The notes under the pieces were generated by a model that had not been told where the DNA came from, did no database searches, and saw only the letters and a list, made by a program, of their open reading frames with translations. From Shigella phage vB_SsoM_113, in sequence record LR746311: DNA of 64,000 nt. One strand, given 5' to 3'. A program made the position numbers and the translations under genes. Position 1 is the stretch's first letter; each line of letters opens with the position of its first letter. Positions 26,392 through 35,980 of this stretch are shown one piece after another.

Positions 26392-26514
26392 AACCTTGGT
26401 GGGCGGCTAGATGGGAAACTGTAGAGCCAGAGCCGGAAGAACCGGTTTACACTGATGAAGAAACAGTATATAATGAACCAACGATAAACGACTTAATTGA
26501 TATGGAGATGGGAT

Positions 26515-26961
26515 ATGATTGCAGTAGATAAGTGGTTTAAAATTAATCGTGCTGATAAAGAGCTGTGTAATTACTGGCCGGAACTTGGTGCAGGTACTGT
26601 CTTTAAAGTTCGTGAACTTGTAAAAGAATGTGAAGATGATATAGAACCTGATACTGGAATTATTGAAATTGAACTTTCTGGTGGAAAGATTATTAACATC
26701 TACGATAAGCCAACTGCCTATTGGTGCTTATGGAATACTGAATCAGTAGAAAATGGCGAAATTGAAGAGGTCGTAGAACGAGTTGATCAAGTTATTCATA
26801 AACCTAAAGCCGCTTTTCAAGGTGAACGCATTTCATATGCATTAGCTAAATTAGCTGCACAAGAAAATAACGATGGTTATGAAGGAAATTTGATGCAAGC
26901 TGCGGCAGAATATATTGAATGGCTTGAAACTCAAAATTCTTTTTCTGACCGAGCGTTTTAA
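26515..26961 (+). CDS. hypothetical protein (148 aa)
   Basis: ATG at 26515 after GGAGATGGG; position upstream of gene 49. Confidence 0.55.
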   Translation: MIAVDKWFKINRADKELCNYWPELGAGTVFKVRELVKECEDDIEPDTGIIEIELSGGKIINIYDKPTAYWCLWNTESVENGEIEEVVERVDQVIHKPKAAFQGERISYALAKLAAQENNDGYEGNLMQAAAEYIEWLETQNSFSDRAF

Positions 26962-27137
26962 TGAAAACCGAATTAATTTATACTGAAAAGTTAAATGGTG
27001 GTAAAGTCTGGAAACTTTTTATTAAAGGAAGTCCTACTGACCCTAATATGACCACTTGTGTAGGAACTTATTCTCGTCCTACTAAAAAGATGATTCGACA
27101 ATATAAGCGATTGCATCGAATGTTTTACAATACTTGA
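26961..27137 (+). CDS. hypothetical small basic protein (58 aa)
   Basis: Hand-translated ORF starting at TAATG overlap. Confidence 0.35.
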   Translation: MKTELIYTEKLNGGKVWKLFIKGSPTDPNMTTCVGTYSRPTKKMIRQYKRLHRMFYNT

Positions 27138-27178
27138 AAATAATAAATACCCTTATCTATTTAAGGTAAGGGTTTATT

Positions 27179-27652
27179 ATGTTATTGACTGGCAAATTAT
27201 ATAAAGAAGAAAAACAGAAATTTTATAACGCACAAAACGGTAAATGCTTAATTTGCCAACGAGAACTAAATCCTGATGTTCAAGCTAATCACCTTGACCA
27301 TGACCATGAATTAAATGGACCAAAAGCAGGAAAGGTACGTGGATTGCTCTGTAATCTTTGCAATGCAGCGGAAGGTCAAATGAAACATAAATTTAATCGT
27401 TCTGGCTTAAAGGGACAAGGCGTTGATTATCTTGAATGGTTAGAAAATTTACTTACTTATTTAAAATCCGATTACACCCAAAATAATATTCACCCTAACT
27501 TCGTTGGAGATAAATCAAAGGAATTTTCTCGTTTAGGAAAAGAGGAAATGATGGCTGAGATGCTTCAAAGAGGATTTGAATATAATGAATCTGACACTAA
27601 AACACAATTAATAGCTTCATTTAAGAAGCAGCTTAGAAAGAGTTTAAAATGA
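27179..27652 (+). CDS. 49: endonuclease VII (Holliday junction resolvase)
   Basis: 157 aa; Cys-rich N-terminus CLICQRELNP...HLDHDHELNG matches recalled T4 gp49. Confidence 0.9.
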   Translation: MLLTGKLYKEEKQKFYNAQNGKCLICQRELNPDVQANHLDHDHELNGPKAGKVRGLLCNLCNAAEGQMKHKFNRSGLKGQGVDYLEWLENLLTYLKSDYTQNNIHPNFVGDKSKEFSRLGKEEMMAEMLQRGFEYNESDTKTQLIASFKKQLRKSLK

Positions 27653-29466
27653 CAATTGAAAAAGAAATTGAAGGATTGATTCATAAAACTAATAAAGACC
27701 TTTTAAACGAGAATGCTAATAAAGATTCTCGTGTTTTTCCAACTCAACGGGACCTTATGGCTGGTATTGTGTCTAAACACATTGCCAAAAATATGGTCCC
27801 GTCTTTTATTATGAAAGCGCATGAAAGCGGAATTATCCATTTCCATGATATTGATTATTCCCCTGCTCTTCCATTTACTAATTGCTGTTTAGTAGATTTA
27901 AAAGGAATGCTTGAGAACGGATTTAAGCTCGGTAATGCGCAGATTGAAACTCCTAAATCAATCGGCGTTGCTACTGCAATTATGGCACAAATTACTGCAC
28001 AGGTTGCTTCTCATCAATATGGCGGAACGACTTTTGCGAATGTAGATAAAGTACTTTCTCCTTATGTTAAACGCACCTATGCAAAACATATTGAGGACGC
28101 AGAAAAATGGCAAATCGCTGATGCGTTGAATTATGCCCAATCTAAAACAGAAAAAGACGTATACGATGCATTCCAAGCTTATGAATATGAAGTAAATACT
28201 CTCTTTAGTTCAAACGGACAAACGCCTTTTGTAACAATTACATTTGGTACGGGAACTGACTGGACTGAACGAATGATTCAGAAAGCAATTCTGAAAAATC
28301 GTATTAAAGGTCTTGGTCGCGATGGGATAACTCCTATTTTCCCTAAGCTTGTTATGTTCGTTGAAGAAGGTGTTAATCTTTATAAAGACGATCCAAACTA
28401 TGATATTAAGCAGCTTGCTCTAGAGTGTGCAAGCAAAAGAATGTATCCTGATATTATTTCAGCTAAGAACAATAAAGCTATCACCGGTTCATCTATTCCT
28501 GTTTCTCCAATGGGTTGCCGTAGTTTCTTGAGCGTATGGAAAGATTCGACTGGTAATGAAATTCTTGATGGACGTAATAATCTTGGCGTTGTAACACTGA
28601 ATCTTCCTCGCATTGCGTTAGATTCTTATATTGGAACACAGTTCAATGAACAGAAATTTGCTGAATTGTTCAATGAACGAATGGATTTGTGTTTTGAAGC
28701 TTTGATGTGTAGAATTAGTTCCTTAAAAGGAGTTAAAGCGACTGTTGCTCCTATTCTTTACCAAGAAGGTGCATTTGGGGTTCGTCTTAAACCTGATGAC
28801 GACATAATTGAGTTATTTAAAAACGGTAGAAGTTCAGTGTCCTTAGGATACATTGGTATTCACGAATTGAATATTCTTGTCGGTCGTGATATTGGACAGG
28901 AAATTTTAACTAAAATGAATGCTCGTCTTAAGCAGTGGACTGAAAGAACCGGTTTTGCTTTTAGCTTGTATTCTACTCCTGCTGAAAACCTGTGCTATCG
29001 CTTCTGTAAACTTGATACTGAGAAATATGGAAGTGTAAAGGATGTTACTGATAAAGGCTGGTACACTAACAGTTTCCATGTTTCAGTAGAAGAAAATATC
29101 ACTCCGTTTGAAAAGATTTCTCGCGAAGCCCCATATCATTTCATTGCGACAGGTGGTCACATTTCTTATGTTGAACTTCCTGATATGAAAAATAACCTAA
29201 AAGGTCTTGAGGCTGTATGGGATTATGCTGCACAACATTTAGATTATTTTGGTGTTAATATGCCGGTAGATAAATGTTTTACATGCGGAAGTACCCATGA
29301 AATGACTCCTACTGAAAACGGGTTTGTTTGTTCTATTTGTGGAGAAACTGATCCTAAAAAGATGAACACAATAAGAAGAACTTGTGGCTATTTGGGAAAT
29401 CCGAATGAACGCGGATTTAATCTTGGAAAAAATAAAGAAATCATGCATAGGGTTAAACACCAATGA
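27649..29466 (+). CDS. nrdD: anaerobic ribonucleoside-triphosphate reductase
   Basis: 605 aa, continuous (no intron); C-terminal Zn-ribbon and glycyl-radical region; matches T4 NrdD length. Confidence 0.92.
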   Translation: MTIEKEIEGLIHKTNKDLLNENANKDSRVFPTQRDLMAGIVSKHIAKNMVPSFIMKAHESGIIHFHDIDYSPALPFTNCCLVDLKGMLENGFKLGNAQIETPKSIGVATAIMAQITAQVASHQYGGTTFANVDKVLSPYVKRTYAKHIEDAEKWQIADALNYAQSKTEKDVYDAFQAYEYEVNTLFSSNGQTPFVTITFGTGTDWTERMIQKAILKNRIKGLGRDGITPIFPKLVMFVEEGVNLYKDDPNYDIKQLALECASKRMYPDIISAKNNKAITGSSIPVSPMGCRSFLSVWKDSTGNEILDGRNNLGVVTLNLPRIALDSYIGTQFNEQKFAELFNERMDLCFEALMCRISSLKGVKATVAPILYQEGAFGVRLKPDDDIIELFKNGRSSVSLGYIGIHELNILVGRDIGQEILTKMNARLKQWTERTGFAFSLYSTPAENLCYRFCKLDTEKYGSVKDVTDKGWYTNSFHVSVEENITPFEKISREAPYHFIATGGHISYVELPDMKNNLKGLEAVWDYAAQHLDYFGVNMPVDKCFTCGSTHEMTPTENGFVCSICGETDPKKMNTIRRTCGYLGNPNERGFNLGKNKEIMHRVKHQ

Positions 29467-29933
29467 ATTATGATAGATTTTATCCTTGTGATTTTGTGAA
29501 TGGCCCTGGATGCAGGGTCGTTCTTTTCGTTACAGGTTGTTTGCATAAATGCGAAGGGTGTTATAATAAATCAACATGGAATGCTAGAAATGGCATTCCA
29601 TTCACTGGTGAAACACTGGAACAATTAATTGAATGTTTGAATAATGATTATATAGAAGGATTAACTATAACTGGAGGAGACCCTCTCTATCCTGATAACC
29701 GAGATGTTGTTCATTGCATTGTTCAAACAGTAAAAAATCTTTATCCAAATAAAAGCATTTGGTTGTGGACAGGATATAAGTTTGAGGATATTAAACAACT
29801 AGAAATGCTTAAATATGTTGATGTTATTATTGATGGGAAGTATGAGAAAAATCTTCCGACTAAAAAGCTGTGGCGAGGATCAGATAATCAGCGACTTTGG
29901 TCAAATACCGATGGGGTGTGGAAACATGATTAA
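29463..29933 (+). CDS. nrdG: anaerobic RNR activating enzyme (radical SAM)
   Basis: 156 aa; Cys-rich radical-SAM-type N-terminus CLHKCEGC; overlaps nrdD stop. Confidence 0.88.
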   Translation: MNYDRFYPCDFVNGPGCRVVLFVTGCLHKCEGCYNKSTWNARNGIPFTGETLEQLIECLNNDYIEGLTITGGDPLYPDNRDVVHCIVQTVKNLYPNKSIWLWTGYKFEDIKQLEMLKYVDVIIDGKYEKNLPTKKLWRGSDNQRLWSNTDGVWKHD

Positions 29934-30048
29934 ATTGAATTATATTATGGACACTATAAATGATATGATTTTTCATTTTGGTCCAGAATTTTATTCGCAA
30001 TATAGTTTAGTGCTTATCAATGCTTGGTTAATCAATTAAGGGTAAAAT

Positions 30049-30261
30049 ATGTATAAATTTCGCAAAGGTTTAGCTGATTTTCTTACAACTGTAACATTCT
30101 TTCTGTTTATGGCAGTTGGAGCTATTTTCCTTATTCCTTTTATTGTTATATTTTTCGTGATTAGTTTGATTTCTCCAGAAAAAGGACTGTCTTCTAGCGA
30201 GTTCAATGAGCGTCTGGATAAAATTACTAATAAGCTGAATGCTGCTCTTAGTAAGGAATAG
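30049..30261 (+). CDS. small membrane protein (70 aa)
   Basis: ORF track in clear intergenic gap; one long hydrophobic helix. Confidence 0.5.
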   Translation: MYKFRKGLADFLTTVTFFLFMAVGAIFLIPFIVIFFVISLISPEKGLSSSEFNERLDKITNKLNAALSKE

Positions 30262-30263
30262 TT

Positions 30264-30572
30264 GTGAAACAAAACAAGATTGAAGTCTATGGAATTCCAG
30301 ATGAAGTAGGTCGTTGTCCTGGATGTCAATCAGTTACAAAACTTCTAAAGGAGCTCAATGCTCCTTTTACTTTCTATAAAGTTCTTACAAATAATGGTAA
30401 GATTGAGTATGATCGTCCACTGATTGTATCTCTTGCTAAACGATCTGGATTCACATCTCTTAACATTCGTTATCCAGTCATTTTCATCAATGATTCTAGA
30501 CAAAAGAACATTAAACACTTCAAAGAAACTCTCATTTCACTTGGATATGATAGAGATATCATAGAAGATTAA
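30264..30572 (+). CDS. nrdH: glutaredoxin-like protein (NrdH-like)
   Basis: 102 aa; CPGC redox motif; GTG start after AAGGAA; position after nrdG. Confidence 0.65.
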   Translation: MKQNKIEVYGIPDEVGRCPGCQSVTKLLKELNAPFTFYKVLTNNGKIEYDRPLIVSLAKRSGFTSLNIRYPVIFINDSRQKNIKHFKETLISLGYDRDIIED

Positions 30573-30576
30573 GACG

Positions 30577-30597
30577 GGCCCTCTGGGCCTTTCTTTC
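30577..30597 (+). terminator. terminator-like hairpin
   Basis: GGGCC-CTCT-GGGCC... followed by TTTCTTTC. Confidence 0.5.
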
Positions 30598-30670
30598 TCA
30601 CATTCTGTATATTACCATTCTAAGCTATCGTTCCCTTCTTATCGTTCCCTAAAATAATTTTCACAAAGTT

Positions 30671-30700
30671 GTTTACAACAAGTTCAAACTGTGGTATTAT
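30671..30700 (+). promoter_or_regulatory. T4-type early promoter
   Basis: TTTTCACAAAGTTGTTTACA, 18-bp spacer, TGGTATTAT. Confidence 0.65.
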
Positions 30701-30730
30701 TAACATATGAATTGCCTTTGAGGATTTGAT

Positions 30731-30913
30731 ATGGTTGTGGTTGATAAAGAAATTAAAAAGGGACAATATTATTTTATTAATGGTAATGTTGTTCGTGTTA
30801 CTTACGTAAACGGTTTTGAAGTTTATTATCTTATACTCAAGTTACATAAACAGATGATTTGTGACCGTGCTGTATTTAGTTCAGTTGCTAAGGAAATTAA
30901 ACTCCATGGGTAA
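30731..30913 (+). CDS. hypothetical protein (60 aa)
   Basis: ORF track; SD GAGG upstream. Confidence 0.5.
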   Translation: MVVVDKEIKKGQYYFINGNVVRVTYVNGFEVYYLILKLHKQMICDRAVFSSVAKEIKLHG

Positions 30914-31199
30914 AACGTATCGTCGTAAAGATTTAAAAGTACGTGATTATGACTATTTCGGAAAGCGTAAAGCTCCTGATGGTGTAAGTCATAAAGATAT
31001 GGTTGAAAACATTTTTCGCTCTGATAAATGGCGTAGAATGAAAGGCATCGATTCAGAAGTTAAAGATGAGCTAAATCGCCAATTACGTGGTGAAGTAAGA
31101 AAGTTGAAAAAATCAGTTTACATTGATGATGATTTTGATTATAATACTTCTCAACGAGTTGCTAAGCGTAAATCAAACGAGTGCTATCGTTACAGCTGA
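30906..31199 (+). CDS. hypothetical basic protein (97 aa)
   Basis: ATG at 30906; Arg/Lys-rich, possible nucleic-acid binder. Confidence 0.5.
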   Translation: MGKTYRRKDLKVRDYDYFGKRKAPDGVSHKDMVENIFRSDKWRRMKGIDSEVKDELNRQLRGEVRKLKKSVYIDDDFDYNTSQRVAKRKSNECYRYS

Positions 31200-31206
31200 G
31201 GAAAAT

Positions 31207-31338
31207 ATGAATATCAAACGCATGCTTTTTAAACAAGGATTATACACTTTAAATGTTGCTCCAAAGGGCGATACGACCAAGTGGTCAGTAAATGACTGGA
31301 TTAAATTTATTGATGAAAATGGTAACTGGAAAATTTAA
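31207..31338 (+). CDS. hypothetical small protein (43 aa)
   Basis: ATG after GAGGAAAA; short. Confidence 0.35.
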   Translation: MNIKRMLFKQGLYTLNVAPKGDTTKWSVNDWIKFIDENGNWKI

Positions 31339-31539
31339 ATGAATCCTGAATCTAAATTATCGCAACGAATTTCTGAAGCTCGTCGTCAGTTCTTTGAAAA
31401 TATGATAGCCCAAGGTATTGATGACGAAGTTTTTCTAAACTGGTTTTGGAATCACAAATATTCAAGTTGCTCAGGAGCGATATTAATATCAGCCGCAATG
31501 ATGTACGAAGGCTGGAAGGGTGCCAAACGGTTTAGCTAA
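31339..31539 (+). CDS. hypothetical protein (66 aa)
   Basis: ORF track; followed by terminator. Confidence 0.5.
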   Translation: MNPESKLSQRISEARRQFFENMIAQGIDDEVFLNWFWNHKYSSCSGAILISAAMMYEGWKGAKRFS

Positions 31540-31560
31540 GGGCTTCGGCCCTTTTTTTGG
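31540..31560 (+). terminator. rho-independent terminator
   Basis: AGGGC-TTCG-GCCCT followed by TTTTTTT. Confidence 0.8.
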
Positions 31561-31593
31561 ATAATAAAATTTTAATGCAATTGAGGATAATGT

Positions 31594-31899
31594 ATGACTA
31601 TTCAAATTAAAAACGCCATCAATTCTTACGCATATGATAAAGTAGTTTCTTTGCTAGAAAAAGGCGATATTGTAACTCCTCAAATTTTGGATAAATGGGA
31701 AAAAGAGCTTCATCAGACGATGAAACAGAATGATCAGAAGATTGGGCGCAATACTGTCCGTGAATTGTTGGTTCAATATATCTTGTCAGAATTTGATGTT
31801 AAAGCTTTTGGCGTAGAATCTAAAGCTTATCAAAAGCATGAAATTTCCGATAAAACTATTCGTCGTATGAAAAATCAACGCAAGAAAAAAATTTGCTGA
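31594..31899 (+). CDS. hypothetical protein (101 aa)
   Basis: ORF track; SD GAGGA upstream. Confidence 0.55.
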   Translation: MTIQIKNAINSYAYDKVVSLLEKGDIVTPQILDKWEKELHQTMKQNDQKIGRNTVRELLVQYILSEFDVKAFGVESKAYQKHEISDKTIRRMKNQRKKKIC

Positions 31900-31917
31900 T
31901 CTGAAAATTGCTAAGGT

Positions 31918-32139
31918 ATGAATATGAACGAAGCTCTTATTAACGATTTACGTCTTGCCGGATATGAAGTAAATACAAATGGCATTGGTTTAACTCAAAT
32001 TGAAGGAAATGGATTCATCCTTGAGTATGAATTTAGCCAATGGTGGTTATACGCTAATTACGGCGAATTGATTGAATATGTTGACCAGTTTGATTCACTA
32101 GATGCAGCTCTTGAAGCGGCTAAGTTGATGAATGTATGA
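31918..32139 (+). CDS. hypothetical protein (73 aa)
   Basis: ORF track. Confidence 0.5.
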   Translation: MNMNEALINDLRLAGYEVNTNGIGLTQIEGNGFILEYEFSQWWLYANYGELIEYVDQFDSLDAALEAAKLMNV

Positions 32140-32405
32140 AATTAATTAATATTTCTATTGCTATTGAAAATTTTGGTATTTTCTATGTTGACCAATACAT
32201 GAAAATTTCATTTTTCCCAAATAAAACTGGTGTTGGATATTGGGAAAGCCATGTTTCTGAATTAAATGAAAGTAAATATTCTAATACCCATAAAAAGTTT
32301 TTAGACTTTTTATATCGCGCTGATATTACTGAACATTATATAGATATTCATGAATTTAAAAAGATGATGGAGAAAGTGTTCCAAGCATACTGCTTACTTA
32401 GATAA
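32136..32405 (+). CDS. hypothetical protein (89 aa)
   Basis: ORF track. Confidence 0.5.
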   Translation: MKLINISIAIENFGIFYVDQYMKISFFPNKTGVGYWESHVSELNESKYSNTHKKFLDFLYRADITEHYIDIHEFKKMMEKVFQAYCLLR

Positions 32406-32418
32406 CTGATATCCTCTA

Positions 32419-32462
32419 TGCTTTAAGATAGATCTTCAAATATTATGATATAATAGATCTAT
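32419..32462 (+). promoter_or_regulatory. MotA-box-like motif and -10-like elements inside an 8-bp dyad, upstream of gene 55
   Basis: TGCTTTA at 32419-32425; TATAAT at 32449-32454; inverted repeat ATAGATCT / AGATCTAT; spacing not ideal for a canonical middle promoter. Confidence 0.3.
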
Positions 32463-32483
32463 GAATTGAGCTAAGAGGTGAAA

Positions 32484-33041
32484 ATGTCAGAAACTAAGCC
32501 TAAATATAATTACGTAAACAATAAAGAGCTTTTACAAGCTATTATTGATTGGAAAACAGAATTAGCAAATAATAAAGACCCAAATAAAGTAGTTCGTCAG
32601 AATGATACTATCGGATTAGCCATTATGCTTATTGCAGAAGGCTTATCTAAACGTTTCAACTTTTCAGGATACACCCAATCCTGGAAACAAGAAATGATTG
32701 CAGATGGTATAGAAGCTTCTATTAAGGGGCTTCATAATTTTGATGAAACGAAATATAAAAACCCACATGCATATATAACTCAAGCTTGTTTTAATGCATT
32801 CGTCCAACGTATTAAAAAAGAACGTAAGGAAGTTGCAAAGAAATACAGTTACTTCGTTCACAATGTCTATGACAGTCGTGACGACGATATGGTTGCGTTA
32901 GTAGATGAAACTTTTATTCAAGACATCTACGATAAAATGACGCATTACGAAGAATCAACCTATAGAACACCGGGGGCTGAAAAGAAAAGTGTTGTAGACG
33001 ATTCTCCTAGTTTGGATTTTTTATATGAGGCTAACGATTAA
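32484..33041 (+). CDS. 55: late-transcription sigma factor gp55
   Basis: 185 aa; [24 protein letters not shown] matches recalled T4 gp55; ATG at 32484 after GAGG. Confidence 0.9.
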
Positions 33042-33243
33042 CCTCTCCGGATTCTTGGAAGAAATACCTGAAGTTGAAGCTATTCCCTATTTACTTAAAA
33101 TGTATCTCAGGGAAGTTTTAGCTCTTGACATTGATATTGATCCAGAAAATCCGTATGATACCGCTTTTAAATCTAACGGTGTAGAATTAAACTATCGGTA
33201 TCATTTAACAGATGATGATTTTTATTTTATATTAGAGAAATAA
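33025..33243 (+). CDS. hypothetical protein (72 aa)
   Basis: ORF track. Confidence 0.45.
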
Positions 33244-33244
33244 T

Positions 33245-33562
33245 ATGACTGATAAACCCGAAATTAATGATGAAGTGGAAAAGCTTATTTCTTCTATTGA
33301 AGAAAAGAACCGTCTTGAAGCAGAAAGAAAAGCAAATAAGTTATTGTCTAAAAACAAACGTGAACTGAACCGTCTTTATAAGTACGCTCAGATTGCAGCT
33401 GAAAACAATAATTTTGCTCAATACGAATACGCTATCAAGAAAAGTCGGGATATTCTAAAACAGCCATATAACGATGAACTCATTAGTATTCTTTGGAAGA
33501 CTACTAGATCGCAGATTGAGGATATGATTGATGCTTACACACGTAAAATTCAAGCGTCTTAA
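33245..33562 (+). CDS. hypothetical protein (105 aa)
   Basis: ORF track. Confidence 0.55.
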   Translation: MTDKPEINDEVEKLISSIEEKNRLEAERKANKLLSKNKRELNRLYKYAQIAAENNNFAQYEYAIKKSRDILKQPYNDELISILWKTTRSQIEDMIDAYTRKIQAS

Positions 33563-33737
33563 AATTAATGCAGGATTTACTGAATCTTTGAATGGTCATC
33601 TTTGTGTGAAAATTTCTGAAAAAGAATACCATGATAGTTCAATTAAAGAAGTTAATCCTCCTATTGTAAGAGCAGACCCTAATATGAAAGTGTGGGTTGA
33701 TTCTTATCAAGTTAAAAAATGGTGGCAACTGTGAAAG

Positions 33738-33911
33738 ATGAACGCCCAGACTTGTGAAATAGATTATAATAAAATTCGTTCCTCTAAAGTAGAAATGATG
33801 AGGCGCTTTAAAGAGTCTCATGATAAAGCTAAAGCAGAAGGAACTATAACACATAAACGTATAAAATTTAGAAGCTCTAACGAGCCTCTGTATGGTGTAT
33901 TATGCGGATAG
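33738..33911 (+). CDS. hypothetical small protein (57 aa)
   Basis: Hand-translated ORF; ends just before a GGAGC-TTCG-GCTCC hairpin. Confidence 0.35.
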   Translation: MNAQTCEIDYNKIRSSKVEMMRRFKESHDKAKAEGTITHKRIKFRSSNEPLYGVLCG

Positions 33912-33929
33912 GAGCTTCGGCTCCTATAT

Positions 33930-33953
33930 TGCTTTATAAATTTTTGGTAAAAT
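33930..33953 (+). promoter_or_regulatory. candidate MotA-dependent middle promoter for a-gt
   Basis: MotA box TGCTTTA, about 11-bp gap, -10 TAAAAT. Confidence 0.45.
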
Positions 33954-33977
33954 AAACCAAAACAATGAGGATATTAA

Positions 33978-35180
33978 ATGAAAGTATGCATTTTTATGGC
34001 TCGAGGTCTTGAAGGTTGTGGCGTAACTAAATTTTCTCTTGAGCAGCGTGATTGGTTTATTAAAAATGGTCATGAAGTAACTTTGGTTTATGCTAAAGAT
34101 AAATCATTTACCCGTAATTGCGCGCATGATTATAAATCATTTTCAATTCCGGTTTTATTGGCAAAAGAATACGATAAAACACTTAAGCTGGTAAATGATT
34201 GTGATATTCTAATTATCAATTCAGTTCCTGCTACTTCAGTAGAAGAAGACACTATTAATAACTATAAAAAAATTATTGATAACATTAAACCTTCGGTTCG
34301 TGTTGTAGTTTATCAACATGACCATTCTTCTCTTTCTTTGCGCCGAAATTTGGGATTAGAAGAAACTGTTCGTCGAGCTGATGTTATTTTTAGTCATTCT
34401 GATAATGGTGATTTTAATAAAGTTCTGATGAAAGAATGGTATCCAGAAACAGTTTCTCTGTTTGATGATATTGAAGAAGCACCGACTGTATACAACTTTC
34501 AGCCTCCTATGGATATTGCGAAGGTTCGATCAACCTACTGGAAAGATGTTTCTGAAATTAACATGAATGTCAACCGTTGGATTGGTCGTACGACTACATG
34601 GAAAGGTTTTTATCAGATGTTTGATTTTCACGAAAAACATCTTAAACCTGCAGGACTAAGTACTATTATGGAAGGTCTGGAACGTTCTCCAGCGTTCATT
34701 CCTATTAAAGAAAAAGGAATTCCATACGAGTATTATCGTCTTCATCAAGTAGACCAAATTAAAATTGCTCCTAATTTGCCGACGCAAATTCTCGACCGTT
34801 ATGTAAATAGCGAAATGCTTGAACGCATGAGTAAATCCGGATTTGGTTATCAGTTGAGTAAGTTGGACAAAAAATATCTACAACGTTCTTTAGAATATAC
34901 TCATCTCGAGCTTGGTGCATGTGGAACAATTCCAGTATTTTGGAAATCTACTGGCGAAAATTTAAAATTCCGTGTTGATAATACTCCGTTAATTTCTCAT
35001 GATAGCGGTATCGTTTGGTTTGATGAAAATGACATGGAATCAACATTTGAACGTATTAAAGAACTGTCATCTGACCGAGCTCTTTATGACCGTGAACGCG
35101 AAAAAGCTTATGAATTTTTGTATCAGCATCAAGATTCAAGCTTCTGCTTTAAAGAACAGTTTGACATTATTACAAAATAA
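33978..35180 (+). CDS. a-gt: DNA alpha-glucosyltransferase
   Basis: 400 aa; MKVCIFMARGLEGCGVTKFSLEQRDWFIKNGHEVTLVYAKDKSF matches recalled T4 alpha-gt. Confidence 0.92.
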   Translation: MKVCIFMARGLEGCGVTKFSLEQRDWFIKNGHEVTLVYAKDKSFTRNCAHDYKSFSIPVLLAKEYDKTLKLVNDCDILIINSVPATSVEEDTINNYKKIIDNIKPSVRVVVYQHDHSSLSLRRNLGLEETVRRADVIFSHSDNGDFNKVLMKEWYPETVSLFDDIEEAPTVYNFQPPMDIAKVRSTYWKDVSEINMNVNRWIGRTTTWKGFYQMFDFHEKHLKPAGLSTIMEGLERSPAFIPIKEKGIPYEYYRLHQVDQIKIAPNLPTQILDRYVNSEMLERMSKSGFGYQLSKLDKKYLQRSLEYTHLELGACGTIPVFWKSTGENLKFRVDNTPLISHDSGIVWFDENDMESTFERIKELSSDRALYDREREKAYEFLYQHQDSSFCFKEQFDIITK

Positions 35181-35194
35181 AGGGCTTCGGCCCT
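35181..35194 (+). terminator. terminator-like hairpin (weak U-tract)
   Basis: AGGGC-TTCG-GCCCT immediately after a-gt stop. Confidence 0.45.
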
Positions 35195-35356
35195 TTAGCT
35201 TTATACGGAGTTTGATATAATGATATTTCTTGGATATGTGATACTTTTTCTCGCATTTTATCTATTCACTAGAGCATGTTGGATTGGGTTCTTTAGCACT
35301 CCGGACGGATTTATTTCAATAATTTTATTTTGCATTTCAATGACGGTTCTTGATAT

Positions 35357-35980
35357 ATGAAAAAATATATAACTTATTTAACAATATATAGTGGAGATAA
35401 ACTTCCTCCTTTTTATATTGGATCTACGTCTTTAGATAGGCATTTAGCTGGATATCATGGTTCAGTTTTATCTAAAAAGTATAAGAAAATTTATAATAAA
35501 GAGCTTTCAGATAATCCTCACTTATTTGATTCATGCATTTTAGCTGAATTTGATACGCGTGAAGAAGCTATTAAATGCGAGTTATATTATCAACGATTGC
35601 ATGATGCAGTTAAAAATCCATTATTCTTTAATATGTCATATGCTGCTCCAAAAGGTTCATTTGGAAGAGATAATAAAGGACAAAATCATCCATTATATGG
35701 TTCTCATAATTGTAAAGGAAATATACATTCACATGATCCATTAACAGGAAAATCTGCCTTTTTGCCTTATATTCCAGAAGGTTATGTAAAAGGAAGGTCA
35801 AATAAATTTAAAGCTTCATCACATAATAAAGGTAAAAAATGGTATAATAACGGAGTTAAGCAAATGTTGTGTCATGAACCTCCTGGTCCTGAATGGACAA
35901 AAGGAAAAATTAAAGAACTGGTTTCAAAAGCAGCTAAATTAGGATGGAAAAGACACCATGAAAATACTAAACTTGGGTGA
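35357..35980 (+). CDS. GIY-YIG homing endonuclease-like protein (seg/mob-type)
   Basis: N-terminal ITYLTIYSGDK...FYIGSTS GIY-YIG-like motif; Gly/His/Lys-rich NUMOD-like repeats; wedged between a-gt and 47 and overlapping the 47 start. Confidence 0.65.
   Translation: MKKYITYLTIYSGDKLPPFYIGSTSLDRHLAGYHGSVLSKKYKKIYNKELSDNPHLFDSCILAEFDTREEAIKCELYYQRLHDAVKNPLFFNMSYAAPKGSFGRDNKGQNHPLYGSHNCKGNIHSHDPLTGKSAFLPYIPEGYVKGRSNKFKASSHNKGKKWYNNGVKQMLCHEPPGPEWTKGKIKELVSKAAKLGWKRHHENTKLG

Noticed and set aside
27649-29466. Possible group I intron or homing endonuclease inside nrdD
   Set aside because: nrdD is one uninterrupted 605-codon frame, so the intron present in T4 nrdD is absent here.
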